DNA of 64,000 nucleotides, taken from NCBI GenBank assembly GCA_965153455.1, contig OZ234493.1, positions 22,620,213-22,684,212 on the forward strand. The letters run 5' to 3'. Every line of letters starts with the position of its first letter. The stretch's first letter is position 1. Under the pieces are notes generated by a model that was not told the origin of the DNA, made no database searches, and saw nothing but the letters and a program-made list of their open reading frames with translations. Source of the stretch: Sphagnum compactum. Taxonomy: Eukaryota. The position numbers and the translations under genes are program-made. Below, piece after piece: positions 37,201 through 49,043 of the stretch.

Positions 37201-40200
37201 TTTCCCAAGCCCCTATTGAAATTCTCTTGCCCTTGTGAAAGGCATTGACAACCTTGCATTTTGCTCTAGGACATTAAGTCTTGGTCACAACTGTTGTACT
37301 ATATTCTTGCTTCTGGACACACATGGGCTCCACACCTGGAACAAGATGATAATAATGGAGACAACTTTTAAGAAAAAAGAAGCAACCTTGCAGACTAGTT
37401 CAGTAACCACCCACCTGCTTAAGAAAGTATGCACACTTCAGCTTCATCCCATGCACAGATGTATCATTGGTAAGAACTCTTGCTGTTATAGCTTCTTCCC
37501 AAGATCTGCAATATGAACTCAGCTTATTAGATCTAGTCATTTAGCCTCTAATACAGCAGTCCTTAACATGATTTGAGATCAGATTCAGCTGTGTACAAGT
37601 ACATTTGTGCTAAACCCAACCCTTCAGTCAGGACTCAAATCATGATAAGTTACAAATGAAAACTATAAAATGTAGCATATGTAGGCAAATCTCATGGTTG
37701 ACATGTGATTGACTTAGAGACCTTGAGGCAACAAGTGCTTGCGTTGGCAACAGAAGCCCATGAGAGCCAGAGGTCAAAAGAGGGAAATAGAAAATACCCC
37801 ATGGAAACTGTAGCTATGTGGTAAAAAGGAAACAGTTCCAACTGAACCACTGTGCCTCCTTGAGTGAGGAAGTCTTTTATTTCTGCATAATCTGCTTGAG
37901 GATGCACATTTTCAATGAGCATGTGCGGTGATCTGATGCTTTCCTGCAGAACGTTGTATGAGTGAGCAGTAATACCTCAGGGCAAACCCTTCTACTATGC
38001 CCAAGAAAGAGTGAAGAAGAAAATCCCCTCGTTTCACTTAAACATTAACTTGCAACCAAACCTTGTCTTTGTATTCATGCTTATACATGGCATAGGTGCT
38101 TTTTGTTGCTTTAACATGTCCCAATACACTGTGTCTCTTATACATACACAATACTGAAACTGCAACCAGAAATTGGATGCTTTACCAGACCTTAATTTTC
38201 AAAATACTACACTAAGAGACAACTGGCTGCTGAGTCTGTGAAGACCTGAGAGTGTATCACAAACCTGGAAGAGCTTGCTGTCAAGACATTTGGGTCAAAT
38301 GGCATCACAAATTTCCTCTACTAAACTCCATGCAAAACATGTGCAGCATTTCTATGCATGTCTCTGGTCTGGGGTGCACAGCTGTAGTCATGTCTGTATG
38401 AGTGTACCTGGTGCTCTGGGTCCACTAGTAAGGACCGTTCCTTCAGCACAGCCAATGGTGTGAAAACTGTTGATTTGGGGTTTGTAATAACAGAACTCCC
38501 ACCTGCAGACAGTGGCTGGTCACATATAAACTGCAGTCAGTAGGTAAGAACAGTGATACCCCTTGTCAACAGGAAATATGCAGTGTTGCAGAGGTGACTT
38601 GAGCACATATCTAATCTAAACAGGATTAGATCAATCCGGCTGGGTGCTAAATAAAAGACAACCAAAGATGTCTTCTCTGCTTCAATGAAAAGCATAGGAC
38701 TACTGCTTGTGCTGGGGTAAAAAAGGGGAGAATATCACTCACTGGAAATTCAGCCAACAGCTCAGAGGTGAGAGATGACAGCACTTGACCACTCCAGTCA
38801 CCATGTGCCATTCCAACCACACCTGAGTCAGAATCATCCTCCTGTTCTTCAGCTGAAGGGAGAGTGAAACCATCCCGAAACAAATGAACCTTCTTCCCCT
38901 TTGACTTTGATTTCTTTACCTGCCAAAAAATCATGCATGCAAATATGCCAATAAGGCAAAATCACTCATCCTACTGAAAAGAGCTGTCTCTAAGTCTCTT
39001 ACCTCCAAAGCTTTATCAACCTGATACCCTACCATGGGCATTGGTTACTGGGCCTTCATTCAAAGGGCAGACTTTAATCCCTCAATGTAAGTGTGCCTTT
39101 CACTGTAAATTTAAAAGTTTCTACATCAGTTTCTTGAACTCTTTGGAAACATCAGAATTTCACAGAAGGGTGTCTGAGTCTCTGTCCACTTCACTTCAAT
39201 CTGCCTGTTCATTCATTTCATCATTGCCCATCATATGTGTCTTTCTCACTTGATACCCACCATCTATAAAGAAAACTGGGGTTACAAGGTCATGTCATCC
39301 AAAGCTCAAGCTAAAACCACAGCCTGTCAACACCAAACATACTGCTCTTCAACAAGCTCATGCAGGAAGCACAGACCTTGGACTTTCTCTTCGGCTCCTT
39401 TGACACTGCCATAACTTCTTCATTCTCTTTCTTGTACACCCGAAGGGGCCCTTCTAGTACAACTGTTGTTGTAGTAGAGTCTTCCCCAGCTGCACTAAGC
39501 TCCATGTCCTGTCAGACATACACCTTCAATGATATAGATCTGGAGACTGACTACATCCAAGTTAACAGTTGTACAGCTGTACATCTGGTGGTAGTTGTCA
39601 CTAAAAAAAACAGTTTGCATTTAGCTGCATAGAATTTGGATAGAAACACACATAATCATATCTTTCATGAGAATAGAGAAATCTCCGTTCTCACGATGAA
39701 GAAGAAACAGCAAGGCTAACACTTCCTCAGGAAGCCACAGAAAGAACCAAACAAGGGAAGACAAAAAACGAAACAAAAAACAAAAAACACACATAATCAT
39801 GACATAAGCAAGTTTCAGCCAGAACATTGCACACAAGGTACCTCTTCAGGGCGGACATCACAAACAATTGGTACATTGGATGCAGATGCATTTGAGAGTT
39901 CAGCAGACTCAATACAATCTCTCCTTTCAAAAGACTCAGATGATGAGGAATCCAATTTTGCAATCCCTGCTCGCTCTGCAATTTCAGCTGAGGAAGGTCT
40001 AGCTTCCTTGGATTTTCGCTTTGCCCTTTTCTCCTGGATCACGAATTGAAGAGGATCCTATGAGCAAATCGATAGACAATAGAGAGATACCACAGGTTCT
40101 TGAATGCTCATGTCTTAAGGTGCACAGCACACGAGGTAGAGGAGGTGAGAACTTGAAAACTCCACTACTTCAACCTGACAAGGTGTTTATCAAAACTCCA

Positions 40201-43200
40201 AAACAAGGACTACACTTCAGGAGATCTTTGGCATACAACTCCTTGAAGCATACAAGTTGGAAAACCTATTATTTTGACATACAGACAAGCACAAGCACCA
40301 CATGCTAGGATCTCATCAAGACTTAAAACTGGAAGATTTTGCAAAAGACAGTATGGAAGATGAGAGAACCATGGCACTGCAACTTTGAAGAAAAACCTAT
40401 AGTCATGAAGTAGAAAAAATACCAATCTTTTGCTCTGTGAAGAAGGAAGATCTCTGTGTGCAGCAGGTTTTGTCTCATTCTTCAATTCCTCTACAAGCTC
40501 ATGTATAACCTACCAACCAACACAATGTGCATCATACACAATTACAAAGAAAATAACTCTTTATGAACCAACCAATCACAGAAGTTTTGCACCCTTGGCA
40601 GAACATCAAATGTACATGGGATTGCAGAGAAAACTCCACAGTCAGCACTTTCCAAGGTAACTGTTCTGTCAATTCTCAGCAAACCAAAACCAACACAGAA
40701 AGAATAATGGCAGTCATAACATTATGAACAACATTCACAAAGTGTCAGACCATCATCTTCATCATAAATGGCAATGACAAGCTTCCATGACTCCCACTTC
40801 ATCAGCTCCCAACTCAGGTGTATGTTGAACTTAATGAAAATTAGAAATAATATCAATATATATAAATAATAATATCTTGATATCTAAATAATGATATTCC
40901 GCACAAAATTTAAGGCAAACCATGATACAGACACCTGCATCCTGAGTTTCTGCATCCTTGGCAGGACATCACAGTGGGATACATCAGCCTGTCCAATCAA
41001 TACCGCACTAAATTTCAGACAGATCAGATTGACCCCCAGGTGAGAAGCCATGAGCCATACCTGCTTCCTTTCTCGAGTTTGGACTTTAATTAGCTTGCCT
41101 GGGCAATCTGCACCCACAACCAAAGCCAATTTTAGTTTGTAACATTCCAGGAAGAACTTCTACAAGTAACCACAACAACTACAGACATCTAGATGAATAC
41201 AATACTATTAAGGACCTTGATTGCTACCTTCCCCACAATGGAATACTGGTTTAGGGTTTAGGGTTTAGGGTTTGGAAGATGCACTCTAAACCAGCATTCC
41301 AACCACAGCATAGGATTAGAAGATGTATCTTGTGAGCTTAACAAATGTAAATACTACACCAGCTACTGTTCAGAAGCATGAACAGCTATAAAACCCGTAA
41401 GTAAGGTCAGCTGACCAGGAGTCACGCATGCAGCCCCATGCACCATCTTCCAGTCAGCATTCTTATCCTGGAAGTTCTTCTCAAAATCCTGCCAGCATGC
41501 CTGGAAGTGAAATGACAGAAAGCAACCCTCTGAGCAGCTGAACTCTATCCGCCTGTTGGATTCCATAATGCTTCGTGATCCATTGGGGCATTGATCAGCA
41601 TTTAAGGCTCGACATAACCCTATCTCTTCATCAACTTCTTCAAGTTCAGCTCCAGACCTATGCATCGCAAGAACCTGCAGCTCTGATTCCCTCTCCACCT
41701 GCTTATTCTCAAAAAGTTCCTGTGCCAGGTCTGGTTCAAGCTTTTCAAGCTTGCTTCCAACATCTGAATTCTGTCTACTTTTCCTAAGTTTCTCTTTAGC
41801 TTCCAAGTTCCCATTTTCAAGTTTTATCTCTTTCTGTGCCTTCTGCTCATGCTTCCACAATATATTGTCTCGCCACTGCAATCATTCCAACAATTAAGTC
41901 CAGCAATTTCTGTCCAAGAAACTCCCAGACAGGTCATCCCATGTGATACAACCCTTTACACTGATCAATGAAATAACCGAAAAAACAATCTTTGTTGTTT
42001 TTTTTTGTTCCCAAATGGACATCCTTATACAATTCAAAAGACAGTACCTGCTCATCTACTGGTGCAGGGTTTGGAACTTCAGATTTTTTGTAGAGCAGAT
42101 GTCTTGGTATGCCAACAGCTGTGTATTTGTACTTAGACCTGAATGATTCTAGTGCCTCACTCCGAGGTTGTTGATTTAGTTGATCTTCTTCTTCTGCCTT
42201 GTTGACATTCGTTGTTCCCTCACCTTCAGGTATTCCAACAATGTTCTGGTTCTGCAGAACATGATCTTTATCCGCAACTTCCCCAACAACAGAAGCAGTG
42301 ACATTTCCGGGGAATCCTTCAGCTCCAGAAGCTGGAGATTCCTTTTGTATCCTGGTCCTCAGAGCACTCCTAATGACAAGACAACAATTAGAACCACACA
42401 TTCCCAGGCATGGGAATAACTCTACAGTTTTAGAGAATTCTTCCATAACATCAAGAGGGACCTAAAGAAGACCTAAAGCTACCTTGTGGATGTTATAGTA
42501 GCTTGGGAAAGAGCAAGAAGAGGACCAGAATTTCGCTCTGTAAGCTGTTCAATTTTGATTCAGAATTTCACCTAAAACTGCAAGGATCGGTAATGGATTC
42601 TTTGGTTTAGGCTTGGTGAATTCAGAACCCCCTGAATCTTCGAAACAAACTGTCCTTGAGAGAGCAGAAGGAAGGACAATTCCCATGATCAAATCCTTTC
42701 ACAATGCTCAAAGCTCTGAGAGTGTGTGTGTGAAGGGATTCTCACCAATCCAAAGCCTTCTTGTTCAAAAACCCCCTCTTCAACGCTCCAAACACATTGT
42801 GGAACTCGGTAGCAGATTTGTACTTCCTCGAGTGTTTATGATCCTCGTAAACTTGATGGTACTCATTCTCATCAAGCTCCGAATCCGATTCCTGCCAGTC
42901 GCTCCACTCCGAGAGTGAGTCCCCGCTGCTCCCTCGATCGTCAGAGAAACCATGACCGCCTTCCCGCACCAAAGACGATTCCGCAGCCCCAGCTTTGGAG
43001 GTCCGATTCTTCGAAACCTTGGAGGTCTCCGACCTCTTGTCAGCAACCCTAGCAGCAGCAGTAGCAGCAGCAGGGGCCCGAGATCGATTCCTCGCAGGCT
43101 TGGATTTGTCACTGCCATAGCGGTCAGACGGTGCCTCTGCGCCAAGAGTATCACTGTCTCCGCTATCAGAATCCGCCTCGCGTGAATCACGCCACAATGG

Positions 43201-43569
43201 ATAGCAGTCGCGTGACTTGAAGTGCGACAAGAATCTGGCTTTCACGGATTCATGACTGCTGTGGGAAGAAGACATGACAATGAGCTCCCCACCCGACGGA
43301 TTCCCAGGCCGCGTCCATCGACTGATAGCCGTGGTATGCGACGAGCCGTCCTCCTGCGGGATACTGATGATAGCGTGCACCACGCGCGGCATGCCACCCT
43401 CTGGCGCACTTCCACTATCGGAGTCGTCGTCATGATCATCGTCGGAGTCCTCCATGCGACGTCTGTTGTTGTTGTTGTTGTTGCTAGTGCTGCTATTGCC
43501 GTTCCGCGCGTTCTGATGCTCCTTCACGCTTCTCTTTGTCTCACGCGATGCTGCTGCTGCCGCCGCCAT
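31249..43569 (-). CDS. Uncharacterised ~1727-aa multidomain protein: TTC3/DZIP3-like Cys/His domain + RRM + DCD domain + C-terminal C3HC4 RING (putative RNA-binding E3 ubiquitin ligase)
   Basis: Manual 21-exon model: 42746-43569, 42048-42351, 41416-41875, 41061-41107, 40423-40509, 39842-40033, 39377-39508, 38802-38919, 38408-38502, 37798-37943, 37415-37505, 36726-36738, 35626-36614, 35324-35506, 34819-34980, 33892-34257, 33065-33526, 32791-32912, 32248-32335, 31634-31829, 31249-31355. All GT-AG, total 5184 nt, no internal stop. Some junctions in low-complexity parts are uncertain, and a two-gene split near 37 kb is not excluded. Confidence 0.7.
41248..41273 (+). repeat. Intronic telomeric tract (TTTAGGG)~3.5
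   Basis: ggtttagggtttagggtttagggttt inside intron 3 of the large gene. Confidence 0.8.
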
Positions 43570-44142
43570 CGCGTTGCGACCCGGGGAGAAAAACTAAGGG
43601 GCCGAAAGAGGGGGAAAAAAAAACAAAAACCAGAAGAATCTCTCGCGCTACTTTCGCATCAATCAAACTGTCTCTCCAACAAAACTGTGGAGAAAGAAAG
43701 ACTTCGCATCCACTAGCGAGGAGAGAAAGCCCTTCTTCGTATCTGCATCAGAAATCCCTGCGTAAGTCTTACCGATACTGTTCATCACCTGCATAAGTTT
43801 TACATAAGTTTTACTGATCAGCGCGTTCGATCTCACTCTGATTCGTGCAATTTCCGAATGCACTTCCTTTTCGTCGTCTTCTTCTCCTTCTGGTGCTACT
43901 TACTTTTGACCAGCAAACACTCTTGCCAAGGATGAAAGCTTTGTTGTACAATAGAAAAAGGGAGAGACAGACTGAGAGGGGGGCAGAGCAACAGGGGGAA
44001 GGAGTGGCATTGTGTGTTGTTGAGCTTGAACTTGCTTTACAAGTTGCATGGCCATGATATAGATTTGATGATAATGTGTGGCATACTGTGCCTTGAACAA
44101 TTATGCCAAGTGCGCAGCTTTGGAGATGGCATTAAATGGCAG

Positions 44143-44445
44143 TGCAGATGCGGCTTGAATGTGCAGCAAGTAAACATGTCAGACAGGAATAACACAAGTG
44201 CACAACTCTTGAGATGCGGGCGAGCTACAAAGGATATTGCAGATTCAGCTTCAAGATGCAGCAAGTTAAACATGGTAGACACAAACATCGCAAGTGCACA
44301 ACTCTTGAGATGTGGGCAACAAAAGATATTGCAGATTTGGCTTCAATGTGCAGCAAGTAATACAAGGGGATAAACTCTTGAGACGGATGGCAACAAAGGA
44401 AATTGCAGATTTTGGCTTTGAATGTGCAGCAACAAGTAAACATCA
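44143..44445. repeat. Degenerate tandem repeat, ~3.3 copies, period 74-95 bp
   Basis: tgcagat..ggctt.aatgtgcagcaagtaaacat starts at 44143, 44238, 44330 and 44404; aactcttgagat/c follows in the first three copies. Confidence 0.8.
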
Positions 44446-45179
44446 CAAGAGAATTTCAGCAAAAGATTTAGTAGGAACATGCACCAATGCCTCTCCTTCC
44501 TTACACATTACATGAGAGTTCTTACATGCGTGTCTACTTCTAATGCAAGAAGGGCAAAGGCAAGTGCATTTCTAACATGAGAATAGACAAAGCACAAATT
44601 CAACAAGTTCTACAACCATATCGTGGGTACCTCATTAGCTTTCTTAAGGAATCTAGATGGAAATAAAATGACATATTCTGAATGCTTTTTTGATAACACC
44701 CATCATCTTTCTTCATCTTTTTTCCACAAGCACCCACCTTTCAAAGTCTGAGTTTGCATTCAAAACATGAATAGCTCAGACTTCCAGCACCCATTGGCCA
44801 TTTTAGCACCCTCAAGGATTTTCAACACAATAGACTATTCCCCAACAATTGAACACACAGCATTGAGGATCACCAACTATGGGATTTCAATTACTAAGCT
44901 CTTTCAATGCTCTGTTTGAAATCTTAAGAACATGTGTATATATATTCCATGTAGTACCACATCAATGTTCCAAACCCTCCAATGCATCACATTCATCATT
45001 TTGAGTAACAGAGCTTAGGATTTGGCACAACTTCAGCAACAAGTATGAAATCTTTGAATGCAAGAACAACTGTCTATACACATTATCAGTGAACTAGCTA
45101 TTGTCACCTTTATGCTCCAGATTATCGATTCTTAGAAACCAGAAAGTGCACTGCACTCACCTAAAGCATTTTTGGAAAC

Positions 45180-48100
45180 TCAGACAAACATCATGAGCTC
45201 AGGGCGGCTGTAGCAGTTCTGCCCATCATCTTCCAACACTGGATATGCAGCTACTAAGCCATCTTGTGCCCCAATGTAGAGAGAGTTGTAAATCTTCCAG
45301 TAAACTTCTCGCACTTTCCTGGCAGGATGGAAGAGACCCTGCAAGCAGTAGCTCAAAATGATAGCAGGTCCAAGTGCTACTCTCATGCCCTCAATTGCCT
45401 CCATAACAGCATTTATTACATGGGGTGAAGTCTCAAATATGTTGGGCCAAACAAAATTTAGCAAGTGGATGAGCGCATCCTCACAACCCAGTCCTGCAAC
45501 CCCCAAAGCCATGTGTTTCACTGCTGATGCAGCTGTCTGTCTGTGGACAAGGTCACGATCCATCAGTGCATCTTCTAGAAGTGGGGTGACTGCATAGATG
45601 TAGTCCTTCCCCATTTCTCCAATGTACTCAAAAAGGAAGGAAAGTGACTTCAGCACTCCATTTTGAACATTTAGCTCTGGCACACGATACTCATTCATCA
45701 GTGCAGGAAGCACTGTGAAGGGGGAGCATGTTTCAGCCACAATGGCTATAGCCACAGTTGTGCACACACGATTTTGCCTTTCCTGAACCTTCAGATTGTT
45801 CAACAGTGTGGCCAACACATCCTGGGGTCCAATGGCTTTTGCAATGTAACCAAACGTGTTGACTGTTGCTCGCCGGATCCCCTTCTTGTGGGCCTTCAGC
45901 ATCTCCAGGAGCTCAAAGCATATCCTCATCCACTCCCGTGCAGGGACAAACTCTGCTCCCCTGTCAGCTATGCGCCCCACCAGATCAATGCAGTTCTCCT
46001 GCACCTTCTCATGCCTGTTTTTCAGGATAGGAGTCAGGCGAGGAAGCAAATCCTTGATCGGGGGTGTCATCTTCGTCATACCGATGACATTCACAATTGC
46101 CTTCAATGCTCCCAGGATGGAGCCCAGAACCTCTGGGTACTCCTCTCCCAGGTATTCATACAAGACAACCCCGAGATGGCCCATCAGCTGCTCCTCATGG
46201 CACTGTTTCATTACCACTGCAATGCGAGATATGAGGTCAGCTGCTTGCTGCCGGACCTTTGCACTCTTGTTGTTGAGCCGCCACTTGATTGTACCACAAA
46301 TTTGAGGGAGATATGGCTTCACCCTCTGACCCATTGCATTCACCACCGTACCAAACCCATTGAGCATCACATTTGCATCATCACTGGTCTGCTCTTGGAA
46401 GGCATACAGAATGCCGTCGATCAGAAGCTCCTCCAGCCGAGCATCAATGTCAGAAGCTCCCAAGCTGGCTACCACTTTCTCGATGGTTTCCATCACCATC
46501 CGCCGGTAGGGTTCGCTTTCATCTTTCAAGTCCTCCACCACTCGGCCAACAATGTCTGCCACTCCCACTTTGTTGGCAACCTCCACCGTCGTGTCCACCA
46601 GCTGCCGGTAATTCCTCCGATCCAGGGCCATCCTCCGTACCCAGAAGTTGCGAAAGAATTCAGGGAGAATTTCCTGCCTGATGTAACTTGCCTCCACCCC
46701 TTCTGTGCTCACACATTGCTTGACCACCTTAAGAACTATCTTCTTCATCTCCTCATCAGGGGATTGGAACTCTCTGATCAGGATAACCATCACCTCCTTA
46801 GTGTAGTAGCTTGCATACATAGCATCCATCAGGGGAATGATGAACCCAATAGCTTTCAAGAATGCAGCCAACACTTTGCCTCTGTGTGACCGAATACCCT
46901 TCCACAGAGGCTTCAACACAGAGTCAAAACTCTCAATACCATAGGGGGCTGCAGCCTCAGCCAGGGCTGCCAGTGACAACGCAGTGATAGTTCTGACCTT
47001 CTGGTTCTCATCAATAAGACCATGCTCAATAATTTCTACGAGGGATTTCAAGTGAGGAAGGACTGCACAACCCATCAAAATTGCAATCTGCTGCACAATT
47101 TTGATACCTGTGTGCCGTGCCTGCCATGACTTCTTACTTTGACAGACAGCCTTCAAAAATGGCAAGAGCGCAGGAATACCCAATGCAGAGGCCACCACAC
47201 TGAAAGCCCTGGCTGTTGTGTTCCTCACGTACTCATCAATGTTATCAATATCTGGCCTCATAGCAGCAATCATGGTTGCCAGTCCAGCAGCCTTGCTCAA
47301 ATTGGATATAATCTCCCGTCCTTCCACACGGGCATAGTAATCTTCATCAATCAACAAAGGTTCAATGACCACAAGAATCTTGTGAACAAAGGGCCTCACC
47401 AACTCATCCAATTTGTACAACACCCTGTCAATTACCTTCACCAGCAGATGCCGCTCTTGATCTTCTAGTGTCGGGGACATGAGCAGTGGAAGAATCTGAT
47501 TGAACAAGGGCCCTGCACCAAGTTCTCTGGCCTTGTCTGTCAGTTGTCGGAGGGCAGTTTTGCGCTGTGAAGGAGTACCATTCTTGACCTTGAGCAGCAG
47601 CTTCATGATCTTGCGCTCCTTGCTCTCTTCAGCCGTCATCTCCTCCTCTTCCTTCTCACTCAACAGAGCACCAAAGTACTGATAGTCCTCAGGTTTCATC
47701 ATTGGCAGGCCACCGGCTGCTTCTTTTGGAACATCATACTGCTGACTGCGGTCCTCCTCAGGGATGGAATACAGTGGAGTGCCACCCAATGGTGTAGGTG
47801 TGGCCAGAAGCTTTCGGGCAGGTGTTCGGATTGGCACATAAGAGGCAGGTGGGTCAAGAATTTTGTAACCTTCCATGGGAAACATGGCCTCCAATTCCTC
47901 ATCAGACAGGGGCCTATTCCTGTCCTCGATATCCTTCTCCCACCGCAGCATGTTGTACTGCTCTGGAGTCATAGGTGCCCGTAGTGCGATATGGCCAGGT
48001 GTAGGTGTAGCAAGTTCGATGCCACCCATAGGAGTAACCCCAGGAGTGAAAACAGAAGGTGTGGCACCTGGCATAGGTGTAGCACTGCCCATGGTGGCAG

Positions 48101-49043
48101 GGGTTTCATCCCACCGCGACCTCTGTTTCTTGGGCGTAGGAGTGGCAAGGCCTGCGAGCTTGGGAGTGGCATCCCAGGTCATCCCTGCGGGAGTGGCACC
48201 AGGGGTAACTCCTCCAGCAGGAGTTGCATCCGCATCAGAGGCCCGCCCAGGGGTTGGAGTCTCATCCCAGCGATTCCTACGACTTGCAGCAACGGGAGTG
48301 GCATCCATAGAAGCATGTCCAGGCGTGGGAGTGGCATCCCATCGACTGGGCCCTGGAGTAGCATCGGGATTATCCCACTCAGATCCTGCCTTGGCCTTCT
48401 TCACCTCCTCCGGCTCGACGTTCTGATCCCACCTGTTGCGTCTCTTGGATCCGGCACTCTGGGTCACGGCAGCAGTTGCTGCCACAGATGCAGTTGCAAT
48501 CTGGGCTTTGGTAGGCGCTGTGGATTCCTCTTTAGCCCTCCTTTCAGCCTCCTCTTCCTTCTTCTTTGCAATCAAGCGTAGGGTTTCCTCCTTGTCCCGC
48601 TTGAGAGCCTCCTCCCTCATAATATCTGCATAGGTACGTACAGCGGCATCGGGGGTTTTATCACCCATGGCAAACGCATCATTCCTATCAGGAGAGATGA
48701 TGCGGTTAAGTCGCTTCTTCCTATAGTCATCTTCACGGTCGATAATCCGCTGCGGCTTCTTGAATCCCAGCTGCTCATCCGTGACTTCACCGCGGGGCAA
48801 ATCCGCAAGCACACTCTTGGGAGCAGTGTAGGAAGCGAGCTTTCTAGCCACTTCTCTCTCCGTGGGGTCTTGCGCCTCTTCCTCGTCTTCATTCACGGGG
48901 ATAGAACGCTCGTAACCCTCGAACCTGTTAGCGATTCCGTAAAGCTCCCGGTCGAAAGTAAGAGACGAGAGAGCCGCAAGCTCCGCTTCCTTCTGACGCC
49001 GCTCCTCTTGAACCCTGGCGATATCAGCATCCATGGTCTCCAT
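45180..49043 (-). CDS. SF3B1: Splicing factor 3B subunit 1 (SAP155), intronless CDS
   Basis: Single long ORF; first ATG at 49043 ([10 protein letters not shown]). N-terminal RWD/TP repeats ([23 protein letters not shown]) followed by the HEAT region (KLLLKVKNG...[64 protein letters not shown]). Confidence 0.98.
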   Translation of the reverse strand: METMDADIARVQEERRQKEAELAALSSLTFDRELYGIANRFEGYERSIPVNEDEEEAQDPTEREVARKLASYTAPKSVLADLPRGEVTDEQLGFKKPQRIIDREDDYRKKRLNRIISPDRNDAFAMGDKTPDAAVRTYADIMREEALKRDKEETLRLIAKKKEEEAERRAKEESTAPTKAQIATASVAATAAVTQSAGSKRRNRWDQNVEPEEVKKAKAGSEWDNPDATPGPSRWDATPTPGHASMDATPVAASRRNRWDETPTPGRASDADATPAGGVTPGATPAGMTWDATPKLAGLATPTPKKQRSRWDETPATMGSATPMPGATPSVFTPGVTPMGGIELATPTPGHIALRAPMTPEQYNMLRWEKDIEDRNRPLSDEELEAMFPMEGYKILDPPASYVPIRTPARKLLATPTPLGGTPLYSIPEEDRSQQYDVPKEAAGGLPMMKPEDYQYFGALLSEKEEEEMTAEESKERKIMKLLLKVKNGTPSQRKTALRQLTDKARELGAGPLFNQILPLLMSPTLEDQERHLLVKVIDRVLYKLDELVRPFVHKILVVIEPLLIDEDYYARVEGREIISNLSKAAGLATMIAAMRPDIDNIDEYVRNTTARAFSVVASALGIPALLPFLKAVCQSKKSWQARHTGIKIVQQIAILMGCAVLPHLKSLVEIIEHGLIDENQKVRTITALSLAALAEAAAPYGIESFDSVLKPLWKGIRSHRGKVLAAFLKAIGFIIPLMDAMYASYYTKEVMVILIREFQSPDEEMKKIVLKVVKQCVSTEGVEASYIRQEILPEFFRNFWVRRMALDRRNYRQLVDTTVEVANKVGVADIVGRVVEDLKDESEPYRRMVMETIEKVVASLGASDIDARLEELLIDGILYAFQEQTSDDANVMLNGFGTVVNAMGQRVKPYLPQICGTIKWRLNNKSAKVRQQAADLISRIAVVMKQCHEEQLMGHLGVVLYEYLGEEYPEVLGSILGALKAIVNVIGMTKMTPPIKDLLPRLTPILKNRHEKVQENCIDLVGRIADRGAEFVPAREWMRICFELLEMLKAHKKGIRRATVNTFGYIAKAIGPQDVLATLLNNLKVQERQNRVCTTVAIAIVAETCSPFTVLPALMNEYRVPELNVQNGVLKSLSFLFEYIGEMGKDYIYAVTPLLEDALMDRDLVHRQTAASAVKHMALGVAGLGCEDALIHLLNFVWPNIFETSPHVINAVMEAIEGMRVALGPAIILSYCLQGLFHPARKVREVYWKIYNSLYIGAQDGLVAAYPVLEDDGQNCYSRPELMMFV

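Noticed and set aside
38743-38801. Longer exon 8 of the large gene ending at CCA|gtgagt (38742)
   Set aside because: This phase-0 donor puts a stop in the next exon, while the phase-1 donor at 38801 keeps frame. It could still be an unproductive alternative.
45358-48633. Long + strand ORFs (e.g. 45774-46889, 47875-48426, 47991-48581)
   Set aside because: Antisense shadows of the SF3B1 CDS; no recognisable motifs.
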